The position numbers and the translations under genes were made by a program. Shown in pieces: positions 17,572 through 27,186 of a stretch of DNA of 64,000 nt. Source of the stretch: a virus (Duplodnaviria > Caudoviricetes); IMG/VR virus record IMGVR_UViG_3300032218_004357, positions 1 through 64,000 of that record; one strand, 5' to 3'. Every line of letters starts with the position of its first letter. Position 1 is the first letter of the stretch. The notes beneath the pieces are model-generated. The model searched no databases, was not told the origin of the DNA, and was given only the letters and a program-made list of their open reading frames with translations.

Positions 17572-18138
17572 ATGCTGCCGTACGAACCTGTAGGACTCGA
17601 TCTATCGCTGACGTCTACCGGCATCGCTCTCGGTGACGCGACGTGGACGATCGAAGGCAAGAACCTACGACAGGTGCGACGACTCGTCTACATCCGTGAC
17701 CAGATCCTCGAAGCCCTTGCGAACCACGGGCAACCCGTCGGACCCGACACACCGCCCCTCGTTGCCGTCATCGAAGGGTACTCGTTCTCCTCGCGGAACA
17801 GCCATGCTCACGCGCTCGGCGAACTCGGCGGGGTTGTACGGGTGGCGCTGCACGAGATCGCCGTGCCGGTCATCGAGGTACCGCCGACGTGTCGCGCCAA
17901 GTTCGCGACCGGTCGCGGGAACGCGTCGAAGAGCGAAGTCGTCTCGGCCATCAGCGCTCGCACCGGGATCCTCTGGGATGGGAGCGGTAACGAGGACCGC
18001 TGCGACGCGTGGATCCTGCAGGAAATGGCACGAACCTACATGGGGCACCCTCGCTACGAGTGGCCCGCTACGCATCGTGCGGCGCTCGACAAGATCGACT
18101 GGGACCTCATGCCCCTCGGCACCGAAGGAGCCGCATGA
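17572..18138 (+). CDS. ruvC: RuvC-like Holliday junction resolvase
   Basis: GLDLSLTSTG, VIEG, KFATGRGNASK and NEDRCDA catalytic motifs. Confidence 0.88.
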   Translation: MLPYEPVGLDLSLTSTGIALGDATWTIEGKNLRQVRRLVYIRDQILEALANHGQPVGPDTPPLVAVIEGYSFSSRNSHAHALGELGGVVRVALHEIAVPVIEVPPTCRAKFATGRGNASKSEVVSAISARTGILWDGSGNEDRCDAWILQEMARTYMGHPRYEWPATHRAALDKIDWDLMPLGTEGAA

Positions 18139-18494
18139 CCATCGCATCCTCTCGCCGCAACGGCCCGATCTCACAGGTCGATATCGAAGAGGAGATCCTC
18201 CGCCTGCTCACGATGCTCGAGGATGAGACCGAGGCGTTCGAGCGGCTCGCCGAGGATGGAGCGAAGAAGGAAGCCGCCTACAAGGCGGAGTGGGCGAAGG
18301 CGTACCTATCTGCGCAAGGTTCCATCAAGGAACGCGAATCGTGGGCGGACTACCAACTTGCCGACCACGCGATGCAGTACAAGATCGCCGAGAGCCTTGT
18401 TAAGGCAAAGCGTGAGAAACTGTCGTCGTTGCGGACATCGCTCGATTCGCTTCGCACGCTTGCGGCAAACGTCCGAGTGCAGGTCGGCCCATGA
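18135..18494 (+). CDS. Hypothetical coiled-coil protein
   Basis: ATGA overlaps at both ends; SD GAAGGAG. Confidence 0.75.
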   Translation: MTIASSRRNGPISQVDIEEEILRLLTMLEDETEAFERLAEDGAKKEAAYKAEWAKAYLSAQGSIKERESWADYQLADHAMQYKIAESLVKAKREKLSSLRTSLDSLRTLAANVRVQVGP

Positions 18495-19036
18495 TGCCGA
18501 TGCTGCCAGCCGAAGAGCGTTCCGCAATGGCGATTGCGTATCACGCTGCTGCGCTGTCGCCGGATCCGTCGACACAGAACGGCGCGTACGTCATCAACAT
18601 GATGGACGGTTCGCTGCGTGGCGCCATCGGTCGCAACATGCCCCTACGCGGCAATGCGGTGGACTGGACCAGCGACGCCAAAAATCATACGATCCATCAC
18701 GCCGAGGAAGCCGCAATCCTTGCAGCGGCAGCGCACGGGATTCCGACGTTCGGCGCAACCCTGTTTAGTCCGTGGATCGCCTGCACCCGATGCGCTCGAG
18801 CGATCGTGGGGGCTCGTATCGGGCGCGTTGTTGGACATCGAGATCTTGTTCGACAGGCTGCGCTGATCAATCCCAAGTGGACGCCAGAGATCGCGCGAGG
18901 TCTGGAAATGATCGTAAACGCCAACATTGAGATTTCATGGCTTCACGGCAGCATCAACGGATCTACCATTCGTCACGCTGGAAATCGATGGAATCCGATG
19001 TTGTTGAAACTGAACGAGGAAAACTATCGTGACTGA
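18491..19036 (+). CDS. dCMP deaminase family protein
   Basis: SPDPSTQNGA, HAEEAAI and PWIACTRCARAI zinc-binding motifs. Confidence 0.85.
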   Translation: MMPMLPAEERSAMAIAYHAAALSPDPSTQNGAYVINMMDGSLRGAIGRNMPLRGNAVDWTSDAKNHTIHHAEEAAILAAAAHGIPTFGATLFSPWIACTRCARAIVGARIGRVVGHRDLVRQAALINPKWTPEIARGLEMIVNANIEISWLHGSINGSTIRHAGNRWNPMLLKLNEENYRD

Positions 19037-19835
19037 CAAGATCCACGAATCACTGCGCGATCTTGCGTTGCCGCTCGACGCACTCCAGCCGCTACCCGGG
19101 AACCCACGCATCGGCAACGTCGACGCCATCGCCGCGTCGTACGACGAGTTCGGACAGTTGAAGCCCGTCGTCGTTCGGCCCAACGGCGACGGCACCTACG
19201 TCATCATCGCCGGAAACCATCAGGTCGAAGCCTGTAAGCGCCTCGGATGGACGCACATCGCTGCGGTCCAGATGACCGACGACAACGAACGCAGCGTCGC
19301 GTTCGCTCTGGTCGACAACCGAGTCAGCGACCTTGGGCGTACCGATCAGGCGTTGCTTTACGACATGCTGAACGACGTCGTCGAGGTGTACCCGATGCTC
19401 TTCGATGCCGTCGGGTGGGATGACTTTGAAATGTCGTCGTTCGACGCGCAGATGGAATCCGTCACTGAGGTGTCGAAGGGGACGGCAGCCGGGTACGTGC
19501 CGCCTGTGCTGGTGTCGCGTCCGGGCGACCCGATGCCTGCGGCTCCGGCATTGCCGCCGGTCGAGATCGACGAAGACGCCGATGAGGATCAGAAGGCGCG
19601 GTTTGTGGCTCCGGCACAGATTGATCAGCGGGCGGCTGCGGTGGGGGGCGCATCGGTGACTGGGCAGGTGGCGACGCAGCGCACCTCCTTCCAGTACACG
19701 ATCGTGTTCGACGACGCGGATCAGATGAAGCAGTGGTGGGATTTCCTGCGGTGGTTGCGTGGTGATGTAGGGTATGAGGGCGAGACGATCGCCGCCAAGT
19801 TGACGGCATTCATTGACGCTCATAGCAACGTCTAG
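19029..19835 (+). CDS. ParB/Srx N-terminal domain protein
   Basis: LQPLPGNPR...IAASYDEFGQLKPVVV...IIAGNH...LVDNR. Confidence 0.85.
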   Translation: MTDKIHESLRDLALPLDALQPLPGNPRIGNVDAIAASYDEFGQLKPVVVRPNGDGTYVIIAGNHQVEACKRLGWTHIAAVQMTDDNERSVAFALVDNRVSDLGRTDQALLYDMLNDVVEVYPMLFDAVGWDDFEMSSFDAQMESVTEVSKGTAAGYVPPVLVSRPGDPMPAAPALPPVEIDEDADEDQKARFVAPAQIDQRAAAVGGASVTGQVATQRTSFQYTIVFDDADQMKQWWDFLRWLRGDVGYEGETIAAKLTAFIDAHSNV

Positions 19836-19841
19836 TTATTT

Positions 19842-20282
19842 ATGTACGCAGAGAAATGGATTGGCGTGGATTACGCATACGAAACTATGTCGCTTAGTGC
19901 GTTCATCGAGCGGTTGTACGACTACTCGATCGGTAAGGCAGAGCCGCGTCGGATCGCGCACGTGGCGGCGGAGCATCTTGTTGCGCAGCGTGCGGAGATT
20001 GAGCGGCTCACCGCTGAGATCGAGCGACTGACCGAAGAACGCGACTACTTGCGGCACGAACTCAATAACGAAACCGACCGATACATGGCGATGAAGGAAA
20101 CCAATAGCGTCCACATTGCCGAGATTGAGCGGTTGCGTGCTCTCATCACCGAATGGGCAGAAGCCGACAACGGTGTGACCGCCGCTGCCGATGCCCGCCC
20201 GTTCGTTCGCGAACCGTACGACGTAGCCATTGAGCGGTGCGACAGGGCATACGACGAGTTGCGTAAGGAGGCAGGACGATGA
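19842..20282 (+). CDS. Hypothetical coiled-coil protein with three AEIERL repeats
   Basis: Repeats visible in protein and DNA; 5' part has lower GC. Confidence 0.6.
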   Translation: MYAEKWIGVDYAYETMSLSAFIERLYDYSIGKAEPRRIAHVAAEHLVAQRAEIERLTAEIERLTEERDYLRHELNNETDRYMAMKETNSVHIAEIERLRALITEWAEADNGVTAAADARPFVREPYDVAIERCDRAYDELRKEAGR

Positions 20283-21454
20283 CCCGCCAACGCATGTTCC
20301 TCGACATGTCCTGCGTCGATGCCGCCCGTGAACGCATCCGCCACGTCTACGACACGTTCGACACCGTCTGCGTCCAGTTCTCCGGCGGCAAGGACAGCAC
20401 CGCTGCGCTCTACCTCGCCAAAGAGATCCACGAGGAACGCGGCCTTGGGCCCGTCAAGGCCATCTTCCGTGACGAGGAGATGGTCTCTCCCCTCGTCATC
20501 AAGTTTCTCGAAGAAGTCCGACAGTACGACTGGGTCGACATGGAGTGGTACTGCCTCCCCCAAGGATCCAACATCTGGGTGCTCGGGCGGCGCGAGTACG
20601 TGCTCATGTGGTCGCCGCAACGCGCCGCCGAAGGGCGGCTCGTGCGCGAGATGCCCGACTGGGCGTATCGCGCTGAACACTTTGGCCTACCTCCCGACCA
20701 GTCGCTTCCCGAGTCCATCGACTACTACACGATGCAGGGCAAGCAGGGTCGGGTCGCGTTCATCACGGGCGTGCGCGCCAACGAGTCCATGATTCGCTAC
20801 CGATCGTGCGTGCAGAAACTCCACGAGAACTACATCGTCACCCCGTTCCGGATGAAGAAATCCATTCCGTTGAAGTTCGCGAAGATCATCTACGACTGGA
20901 CCAGTGGCGACGTGATGAAGTACCTCGTCGAGGAGCACAACGCGCCCTACTGCGAGTACTACGACTTGGCTGCGATCTCCGGGTCCAACACGCGCGTCGG
21001 GATTCCCCTTCACTCCGTTGCGATCCGCCGCATCGGCGACGTTCTTGCTACCGAGCCGGAGTTCTACGACCGCCTTTACGAGTGCTTCCCCCAAATCGAC
21101 GCGCAGCGTCACCTGTGGTCGCAGGTCGACGTCGATCGGCTCATCGATCAGTACGCAACCGACTGGGATGGGGTTCGTGATTTCATCGACGAGCACATCC
21201 TGACGCCGGGTCTCCACCTCAACGCAATGAAGTTTGCGAACGAGTACCGCAAGAAGTGGGCGAAAGACGAGTTCTCGTACCCGATCGAATGGCTCGTTCG
21301 CCAACTGCTGCTCGGGGAGTTCGCGGTCACGTCGGCGACGCCGGTCGGTCCGAAGACTCGAGCCCACACGCGCCGTCTTGCAGCGCAAGCCGTGCTGGAC
21401 GAGCAAGCCCAGATGGACGCCAGCAACCTCGACGCACAGGATGATTTCCGATGA
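20279..21454 (+). CDS. ibrA: PAPS-reductase-like PP-loop protein (IbrA/YbdN family)
   Basis: N-terminus DAARERIRHVYDTFD, PP-loop FSGGKDS, TGVRANES, IYDW...DV and RVG-PLH. Confidence 0.8.
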   Translation: MTRQRMFLDMSCVDAARERIRHVYDTFDTVCVQFSGGKDSTAALYLAKEIHEERGLGPVKAIFRDEEMVSPLVIKFLEEVRQYDWVDMEWYCLPQGSNIWVLGRREYVLMWSPQRAAEGRLVREMPDWAYRAEHFGLPPDQSLPESIDYYTMQGKQGRVAFITGVRANESMIRYRSCVQKLHENYIVTPFRMKKSIPLKFAKIIYDWTSGDVMKYLVEEHNAPYCEYYDLAAISGSNTRVGIPLHSVAIRRIGDVLATEPEFYDRLYECFPQIDAQRHLWSQVDVDRLIDQYATDWDGVRDFIDEHILTPGLHLNAMKFANEYRKKWAKDEFSYPIEWLVRQLLLGEFAVTSATPVGPKTRAHTRRLAAQAVLDEQAQMDASNLDAQDDFR

Positions 21455-22041
21455 TCACGAACGCCAACATCGTCACCGTTCCTTACGAGGCGCTTCGTCC
21501 GGCGCCGTGGCGCAGCACCTACACGTTTCGCCCAGAGGTGCGGTTGTTGACGCAGTCGCTGCGTGACCTCGGTTGGATCGTGCCGATTGTTGCTCGCGAG
21601 GGGACGGGCGAGATTATCGACGGGTTCACCCGGTGGGTGGTGGCGCAGAACGACAAGGCGATCGCGAAGCGCGATGAGCGGCTCTGTCCGGTCGTGTTCG
21701 TGGCCTGCGACGAGGTCGACGCCATGATCCACCATGTTCGATTGAACCGGGCACGGGGGCAGATGCTTGCCTATCCGTTGTCCAAGTTGGTGTCCCTCGC
21801 CATCGGCAGCGGCAAGTACAGCGACGACACGCTTCAGAGCGCGCTGGGCATGACGCGCGACGAGTTCGAAGTGCTGCAAATGCGAGAAATCCTTGTCAAC
21901 AAGACCGTCAAGGAGCACACGTACTCCAAGGCGTGGGTGCCCATCGAGGCCCCTCCAGTCGGCACCATCATCGACGGCAGCACCGTCAGCGAGATCGCTC
22001 ACGACATCAACTTCGAGAAGCCGCCCAACGCCGACCGCTAA
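21451..22041 (+). CDS. ibrB: ParB-like protein (IbrB/YbdM family)
   Basis: GWIVPIV, EIIDGF and VRLNRARG; translationally coupled to the IbrA-like gene. Confidence 0.75.
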   Translation: MITNANIVTVPYEALRPAPWRSTYTFRPEVRLLTQSLRDLGWIVPIVAREGTGEIIDGFTRWVVAQNDKAIAKRDERLCPVVFVACDEVDAMIHHVRLNRARGQMLAYPLSKLVSLAIGSGKYSDDTLQSALGMTRDEFEVLQMREILVNKTVKEHTYSKAWVPIEAPPVGTIIDGSTVSEIAHDINFEKPPNADR

Positions 22042-22117
22042 GTCCCTGCTGCTGGCGAGATACGGAAAGTGGTAAAGTCAAGCGTAATTCCGTTCCCGCC
22101 TCCAGAGGATCCTCGTC

Positions 22118-22480
22118 ATGGGACAAACTCAAGTTGGTCGCGACACCGAGTTGACGTCGTCGCTCCGTCCGCCGCGACCGCGACGCCCTCGTCCTCGCGT
22201 GCCCAACGAGAGCACGCTTCCCAGCGCAGTCGAGCCGTCCCTCACCCCGCGTACGCCGGGTCCGGCGCCGCGCGTCCCTCGTCCTCGCCCTCGTCCCCGT
22301 CCTCGCCCGAGCACGCCGAGCGTGCCCGGCGGTGGCTCCGGTGGGGGCGGCGGGTCCTCGACGAGCAGTTCTGAGGGCGGTCGGGTCGGGTTCCTCCGGC
22401 GCGTGGCCGCTCGCGCGCTGCGTGCGGGGGCCGGTGCCGTCCGCAAGCGTCGTGAGCGTCGAGCCGCTCGCGGCCGCTAG
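22118..22480 (+). CDS. Very basic Arg/Pro-rich small protein (120 aa)
   Basis: SD AGAGGA; fills the gap before the neck genes; RPRPRPRPRP tract. Confidence 0.55.
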   Translation: MGQTQVGRDTELTSSLRPPRPRRPRPRVPNESTLPSAVEPSLTPRTPGPAPRVPRPRPRPRPRPSTPSVPGGGSGGGGGSSTSSSEGGRVGFLRRVAARALRAGAGAVRKRRERRAARGR

Positions 22481-22508
22481 CCCGACCGTCGCTGACCGGG
22501 GGTGAGCC

Positions 22509-23129
22509 GTGATCGTCACGGCGGAAGAACTCGCCATCTACATGGACATTCAACGGTTCACGAACCGTCAAGAGGATGTCGCCAACCTTGTGCTGGCCGG
22601 ACTTCAGTCCGAGATCGAGACGATCCTCCGGCGTCCGGTCACTATCGACGAATACGTCGAGACCTACACGGTTGACGAGACCTACCTCAACGGGCGAGCG
22701 TCGTTCTTCCCCATGTCGAACAACGACCTCACCTACCCGATGCCCCCTTACCCGCTGACGCTTCGCAACTCGCCGGTCGTCGCGATCGGGCAGATCCGTA
22801 CCCGGAACTACCCCGGGTACGGGATCGGCTGGGTCACCCAGACGCCCGGCGTCGACTACACGGTGCGCCGCTGGGGCGTCGACCTCTACAAGGTCAACGC
22901 TAACGACGAGGTTGAGGTCACCTACACCGCTGGGCTTGACGGTGCCAGCATCCCCTTCATCAAGATCTCGATCCTGCGTGCGGCAGCACGCGAACTCATC
23001 AACCAGATCGACGACGTCGTCGGCATCAAGGACCTGCAGACGCGCGACATCCCGCGCAAGGAGACTGGATTCACCGTCGACGAGATTGAAGTCTTCCAGC
23101 GCTGGAAGCGTCACCAGATCATTAGTTGA
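22509..23129 (+). CDS. Head-to-tail adaptor/connector protein
   Basis: LRNSPVVAI...VEVTYTAG pattern; position at the start of the neck/tail module. Confidence 0.7.
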   Translation: MIVTAEELAIYMDIQRFTNRQEDVANLVLAGLQSEIETILRRPVTIDEYVETYTVDETYLNGRASFFPMSNNDLTYPMPPYPLTLRNSPVVAIGQIRTRNYPGYGIGWVTQTPGVDYTVRRWGVDLYKVNANDEVEVTYTAGLDGASIPFIKISILRAAARELINQIDDVVGIKDLQTRDIPRKETGFTVDEIEVFQRWKRHQIIS

Positions 23130-23620
23130 TGAGCCCGCAGGTCACCGTCTCCGTTGACGCCTCCGAGGCGCGAGAACTGTTCGCCAAGACGGCCGATCGC
23201 GCGTCGAGTTTCCGCCTCGTGTTCGAGGAGGCACGCGCGTTCATGTCCGCAGCGAACGCCGAAAACTTCGGCACGGGCGGCCTCCCTGTCGGGGGATGGG
23301 CACCACTCCAGCCGGAAACCGCAGCGTGGAAACTGCGTCACGGCGAGCCGCCTACACCGTTGATCGGTGACGGCACCCTCTTCCGCTCGCTTGTTGATCT
23401 GCACGGACCGCCCAACGACGTCAACGCCACGTCGGCGACGTTCGGTACGGACGTCGAGTACGCCCAGTTCCATCAGTACGGTGCGCCGCGCGCTCACCTG
23501 CCGGTTCGGCGCGTCGTGTTCGAACCGCCCGGGTTCACGAGGATGCTCGAGGAAGCGATCGTGCAGCACTTGGAGCCGGGTCCAGCCACGATGTCTGATT
23601 TGAAGGCGTTGTTCCGATGA
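23126..23620 (+). CDS. Virion morphogenesis protein (Mu gpG / P2 gpS-like)
   Basis: WAPL...LIGDGTLFRSL...FGTDVEYAQFHQYG. Confidence 0.8.
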   Translation: MMSPQVTVSVDASEARELFAKTADRASSFRLVFEEARAFMSAANAENFGTGGLPVGGWAPLQPETAAWKLRHGEPPTPLIGDGTLFRSLVDLHGPPNDVNATSATFGTDVEYAQFHQYGAPRAHLPVRRVVFEPPGFTRMLEEAIVQHLEPGPATMSDLKALFR

Positions 23621-24264
23621 CGTATCGATTCACGGAAGGTGCGGCGACCGCCAAGGCGCTCGTCAACGACTACCTCAAGTGGGACATCCCGACGCGCATC
23701 ATGGCGTTCCGTTCTCACTGGGGGCTCGACGACAGTCGCCTTCCCACGCCCGAGCACTTCCACATGTACGAACCGCCTGCGATCGATCACTGGCCGATGC
23801 TCATCACGGTGCAGTTCGGCACGTCACGCATCGAACGTATCGACTACTTTGATGGGATTAATCCGGTCTTTCGTTGCACCTATAACATGCGCACGTATCT
23901 GTGGGTCAAGCAGGACACGCCGGAGGAAGCCACGGAGACGCGCGACCGCCTCACCGCCGTGCTGCGGAGTGCCTTCCTCGACACTCCCTCATTCCATCGG
24001 TTTACCGATAACGCCGAGCGCGGCATCTACGGGGTGCTCCTCGATGAGAACACCTTGCGCGAGGAGTACTCGGACGTCACCTACGTCAAAGGTAATCGTG
24101 TGGTTTCCGGAGCGTACCTTGGGTACAGCCTCATGCTTGACGAAGCCGTCATGCGTACTCCTGCCAGTCAAAACCTTGAGGAAATTGTTGTCTCCTATGA
24201 CGCTGGTGGAGCGCCTCTTGCGGATATTTCCAAGAACGTCTTTACTCAACATGTAGACGGGTAA
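23617..24264 (+). CDS. Probable tail completion/terminator protein
   Basis: Position immediately before the sheath; size and composition fit. Confidence 0.55.
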   Translation: MTYRFTEGAATAKALVNDYLKWDIPTRIMAFRSHWGLDDSRLPTPEHFHMYEPPAIDHWPMLITVQFGTSRIERIDYFDGINPVFRCTYNMRTYLWVKQDTPEEATETRDRLTAVLRSAFLDTPSFHRFTDNAERGIYGVLLDENTLREEYSDVTYVKGNRVVSGAYLGYSLMLDEAVMRTPASQNLEEIVVSYDAGGAPLADISKNVFTQHVDG

Positions 24265-24291
24265 GCCGTTCCGCCGCAATAGCAACATCCG

Positions 24292-24300
24292 TGCTACTGT
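24292..24300 (+). promoter_or_regulatory. Putative extended -10 promoter TGCTACTGT upstream of the sheath gene
   Basis: TGnTAnnnT in the intergenic gap. Confidence 0.45.
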
Positions 24301-24389
24301 GGTCGCGCAGACGCGTAACCGCTGCCAACAACCAGCAACGGTTAGCGCCAAGAATCACTGGCAAGTCGTTCGAAACCCGAGGAGGGCTG

Positions 24390-25913
24390 ATGCCCGGTCT
24401 GGTCGTCACAACCGGCGTGCGAATCGGTGCCACCGGCACCACCGACGCGCCCAGCAGTTCGCTGTTCATCGTCGGTACGGCGGAGCGCGGCCCGGTGGGC
24501 GAGTACCGCCTCATCGAGTCGATGGCGCAGGCGGAGGCGACCTACGGCGGCTACGTGGCCGACTGCACCCTCTACCAGCACCTCGAGGTCTTCTTCGAGG
24601 AGGGCGGCACCCGGGCGTACGTCGTGCGCGTCTGCGGCGAGGATGGCTCGACGGCCTCGAGCACGGTCTTCGGCACGAACTCGCTCATCCTCGAGCCGGT
24701 CGGTCAGGGCACGTGGGCCAACGGCGGCAACGGCGGTGCGATCGGCCTTACCGCCGAGATCCTCGACGGCGTGACGCCCCTCACCCGCCGGATCCGGGTT
24801 CGCTACAACAACGAGATCCTCTTCACCTCCGGCGACTGCGGTTCGAACCGTGCGCTCGCCGAGGCGGTGAACGCCAACGTCGGCACCTACTTCTCGGCGA
24901 CCTACGACACGACCGACGCGCTCGTGTCGGTCGCTGGCGCTGACTGGGGTACCGACGGCGTTGACGCCAACGGCATCTTCAATGACGGCGGCCCGGCCGA
25001 CAGCGTGCTCGTCGGTGCGCTCGGATCCTTCGTGCCCGAACTCGGTGCGGGCGTCGTCGCCATCCCCGAGTACTACGGCCCGACGATCTGGGACGGCATC
25101 CGTCAGCACTGCCTCGACAACAGCCGCATCGGGTTCTGCTCGTTCGCGTCGGACATCACCGCGATCGACGGTACCGGCGGTGCGATCGACGTCCTCAACT
25201 CGGGCGACACCGAGGAGGAGCCCTACTGGGGCACCAACGACGACACCAAGACGAAGGCGTCGGTCCTCGCGTTCTACTGGCCGTTCGTGACCGCCCCCAA
25301 CGGTACGGGCGGCACCCGGACGCTCTCCCCGGAGACGTTCGCGGCGGCGGCTCGCTGCCGGGCGCACCTCCAGACCGGCCCGTGGCGTCCGAACGCGGGC
25401 ATCATCTCGGCCAGCAAGTTCGTCAACGGGCTCTCCCAGTCCGTCGACTCGGCGACGTCCGACAAGGCCAACGCTGCCCGCATCAACCCGCTTCGCGTCA
25501 TCGACGGTGGGGTCCGGGTCTACGGTGCCCGCTCGATCTCGGCTGACGAGACGAACTGGCGGTACATCACCTACCGCGACACCCTCAACTACATCGTCGT
25601 GGTGGCCGAGAAGCGGCTCGAGCCGTTCATCTTCAACGTCATCGACTCCCGTCGGGTCGTGTTCTCCGACATCAGCGCCACCCTCGTGAACCTGCTCGAG
25701 CCGCTCCGTGCGGCCGGTGGTCTCTACGAGGGCAAGGACGCCTCCGGGAACACCACCGACCGGGGTTACGTCGTGGAGGTCTCTGACGCTCTCAACCCGC
25801 AGGCGCAACTTGCTTCGGGCACCATCGCGGCCAAGGTCGGGGTCCGCGTGTCGAGCGTCGGCGAGACGATCAACCTCCTCATCACGAAGTCCAACCTGAC
25901 CACGGCAATCTGA
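24390..25913 (+). CDS. Contractile tail sheath protein
   Basis: MPGLVV, AERGPV, FFEEGG, AFYWPFV, INPLR...GARSI and WRYI motifs; SD GAGGAG. Confidence 0.92.
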   Translation: MPGLVVTTGVRIGATGTTDAPSSSLFIVGTAERGPVGEYRLIESMAQAEATYGGYVADCTLYQHLEVFFEEGGTRAYVVRVCGEDGSTASSTVFGTNSLILEPVGQGTWANGGNGGAIGLTAEILDGVTPLTRRIRVRYNNEILFTSGDCGSNRALAEAVNANVGTYFSATYDTTDALVSVAGADWGTDGVDANGIFNDGGPADSVLVGALGSFVPELGAGVVAIPEYYGPTIWDGIRQHCLDNSRIGFCSFASDITAIDGTGGAIDVLNSGDTEEEPYWGTNDDTKTKASVLAFYWPFVTAPNGTGGTRTLSPETFAAAARCRAHLQTGPWRPNAGIISASKFVNGLSQSVDSATSDKANAARINPLRVIDGGVRVYGARSISADETNWRYITYRDTLNYIVVVAEKRLEPFIFNVIDSRRVVFSDISATLVNLLEPLRAAGGLYEGKDASGNTTDRGYVVEVSDALNPQAQLASGTIAAKVGVRVSSVGETINLLITKSNLTTAI

Positions 25914-25929
25914 GCAAGGAGTACGCAGG

Positions 25930-26424
25930 ATGGCAAAACTCTCCCAGCGGCAGGTCGTTGCCAAGGTCGTGGCTCACCGCGACGGCAACGGTGTTGCCAC
26001 GGAGCCGTTCGACTGGGACACCGGTCTCACGGCCGATGGTCTCCAGCGGCAGTACTTCGCTCAGGTGACCGGCGGTGCCGTGCAGGCCTCGGTGCAGAAG
26101 GTCTACGACGGCGGTTCGACGTTCCCCGAGGTGCTCCCGGCGCCGCTCGAGGTCGGTGACCTCACGGTGACTCGCCACTACGACCCGGACTCCGACGGTG
26201 CTCAGTTGGAGTACTACCGGAACCGGGTGGGCAAGGCGCGCTTCGACATCAACGTCTACACGCTCGACGCGGATCACCAGCCGATCGGGAAGACCCGGCT
26301 CTATCCGAACGCGCTTCTCGTGAACCTCACCGATCCGGACGGCGATGCCGCGGGTGGCGGTCCGGCGACGTTCTCGCTGACCTTCGCCATCTCGACGGTG
26401 GCGACGTCGGCGGCGAGCGCCTAG
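25930..26424 (+). CDS. Tail tube protein
   Basis: Follows the sheath; SD AAGGAG; FAQVTGG...DLTVTRHYD pattern. Confidence 0.75.
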   Translation: MAKLSQRQVVAKVVAHRDGNGVATEPFDWDTGLTADGLQRQYFAQVTGGAVQASVQKVYDGGSTFPEVLPAPLEVGDLTVTRHYDPDSDGAQLEYYRNRVGKARFDINVYTLDADHQPIGKTRLYPNALLVNLTDPDGDAAGGGPATFSLTFAISTVATSAASA

Positions 26425-26428
26425 TCCG

Positions 26429-26596
26429 ATGCCGCGAAACCCGGTTCCCGGTCGGGCGAAGCCCGCTGCTGCTCCGGCTGAGGCGGCGACCCCGCCGAAG
26501 CGGGTGGTGCGCGCGCCGAAGGTGGACGAGACGATCGAGGTGGTGCCCGCTGCCGAGGTGGCGGACACGCCCGCTGAGGACGCTCCGGCCTCCTGA
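26429..26596 (+). CDS. Small Ala/Pro-rich protein (55 aa, MPRNPVPGRAKPAAAP...)
   Basis: Translated by hand; open frame that fills the gap exactly; below the track length cutoff. Confidence 0.5.
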   Translation: MPRNPVPGRAKPAAAPAEAATPPKRVVRAPKVDETIEVVPAAEVADTPAEDAPAS

Positions 26597-26633
26597 AATC
26601 TGGCGGGTAACGCTGGCGTTAGCGATGCGCTGC

Positions 26634-26642
26634 TGCTATGGT
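26634..26642 (+). promoter_or_regulatory. Putative extended -10 promoter TGCTATGGT, 7 nt before ATG 26650 (leaderless)
   Basis: Motif and spacing; short palindrome TAACGC-TG-GCGTTA just upstream. Confidence 0.55.
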
Positions 26643-26649
26643 GGCGCCC

Positions 26650-27186
26650 ATGACTGACGCTGAAGACATCATCACTACTCCGACGCCGTCGCGGGCTGGC
26701 AAGGCTCCGGCATCACACAACGATGTTCGAGATGTCGGGGAAACCCCGAAGATCCTCGACCAGTTGCGGTCGGAGTTGAAGAAGAAGGTTCGTCGGCCCG
26801 ACGTCTACCTTGAGGTGCCGGAGCGGCCGAGCATGGCGGTCCGGTTCTCGCCGAACATCACGCAGCACCAGATCAGTGCGTGGCGCCGAAACTCGGGCGA
26901 GAACTCGAAGGCGGGTCTCGACTCGGTGAAGTTCGCCTGCTACGTGCTGGCGAACACCTGCACCGGGCTGCTCCTCGACAACGAGATGGTCCTCGACGAG
27001 GACGGGGTCGAGGTGACGTTCAGCAGTGAGCACGTCATCGAGATGCTCGACGTGACGACGGTGTCGGATGCGATCCGGGCGGTGTTCGTGGTCGAGCCGC
27101 ACGTCGAGGCGGCTGCGCTCGCCGTGATGGAGGCTGCCGGGTACAACGACTCGGTCGAGCAGGTGGACCCTACCAAGACGCCGTAG
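26650..27186 (+). CDS. Tail assembly chaperone (G-like)
   Basis: Between tube and tape measure; ends VDPTKTP. Confidence 0.75.
   Translation: MTDAEDIITTPTPSRAGKAPASHNDVRDVGETPKILDQLRSELKKKVRRPDVYLEVPERPSMAVRFSPNITQHQISAWRRNSGENSKAGLDSVKFACYVLANTCTGLLLDNEMVLDEDGVEVTFSSEHVIEMLDVTTVSDAIRAVFVVEPHVEAAALAVMEAAGYNDSVEQVDPTKTP

Noticed and set aside
24360-24385. GTTCGAAA resembling a tRNA T-loop
   Set aside because: The flanks do not form a T-stem and no cloverleaf can be built.
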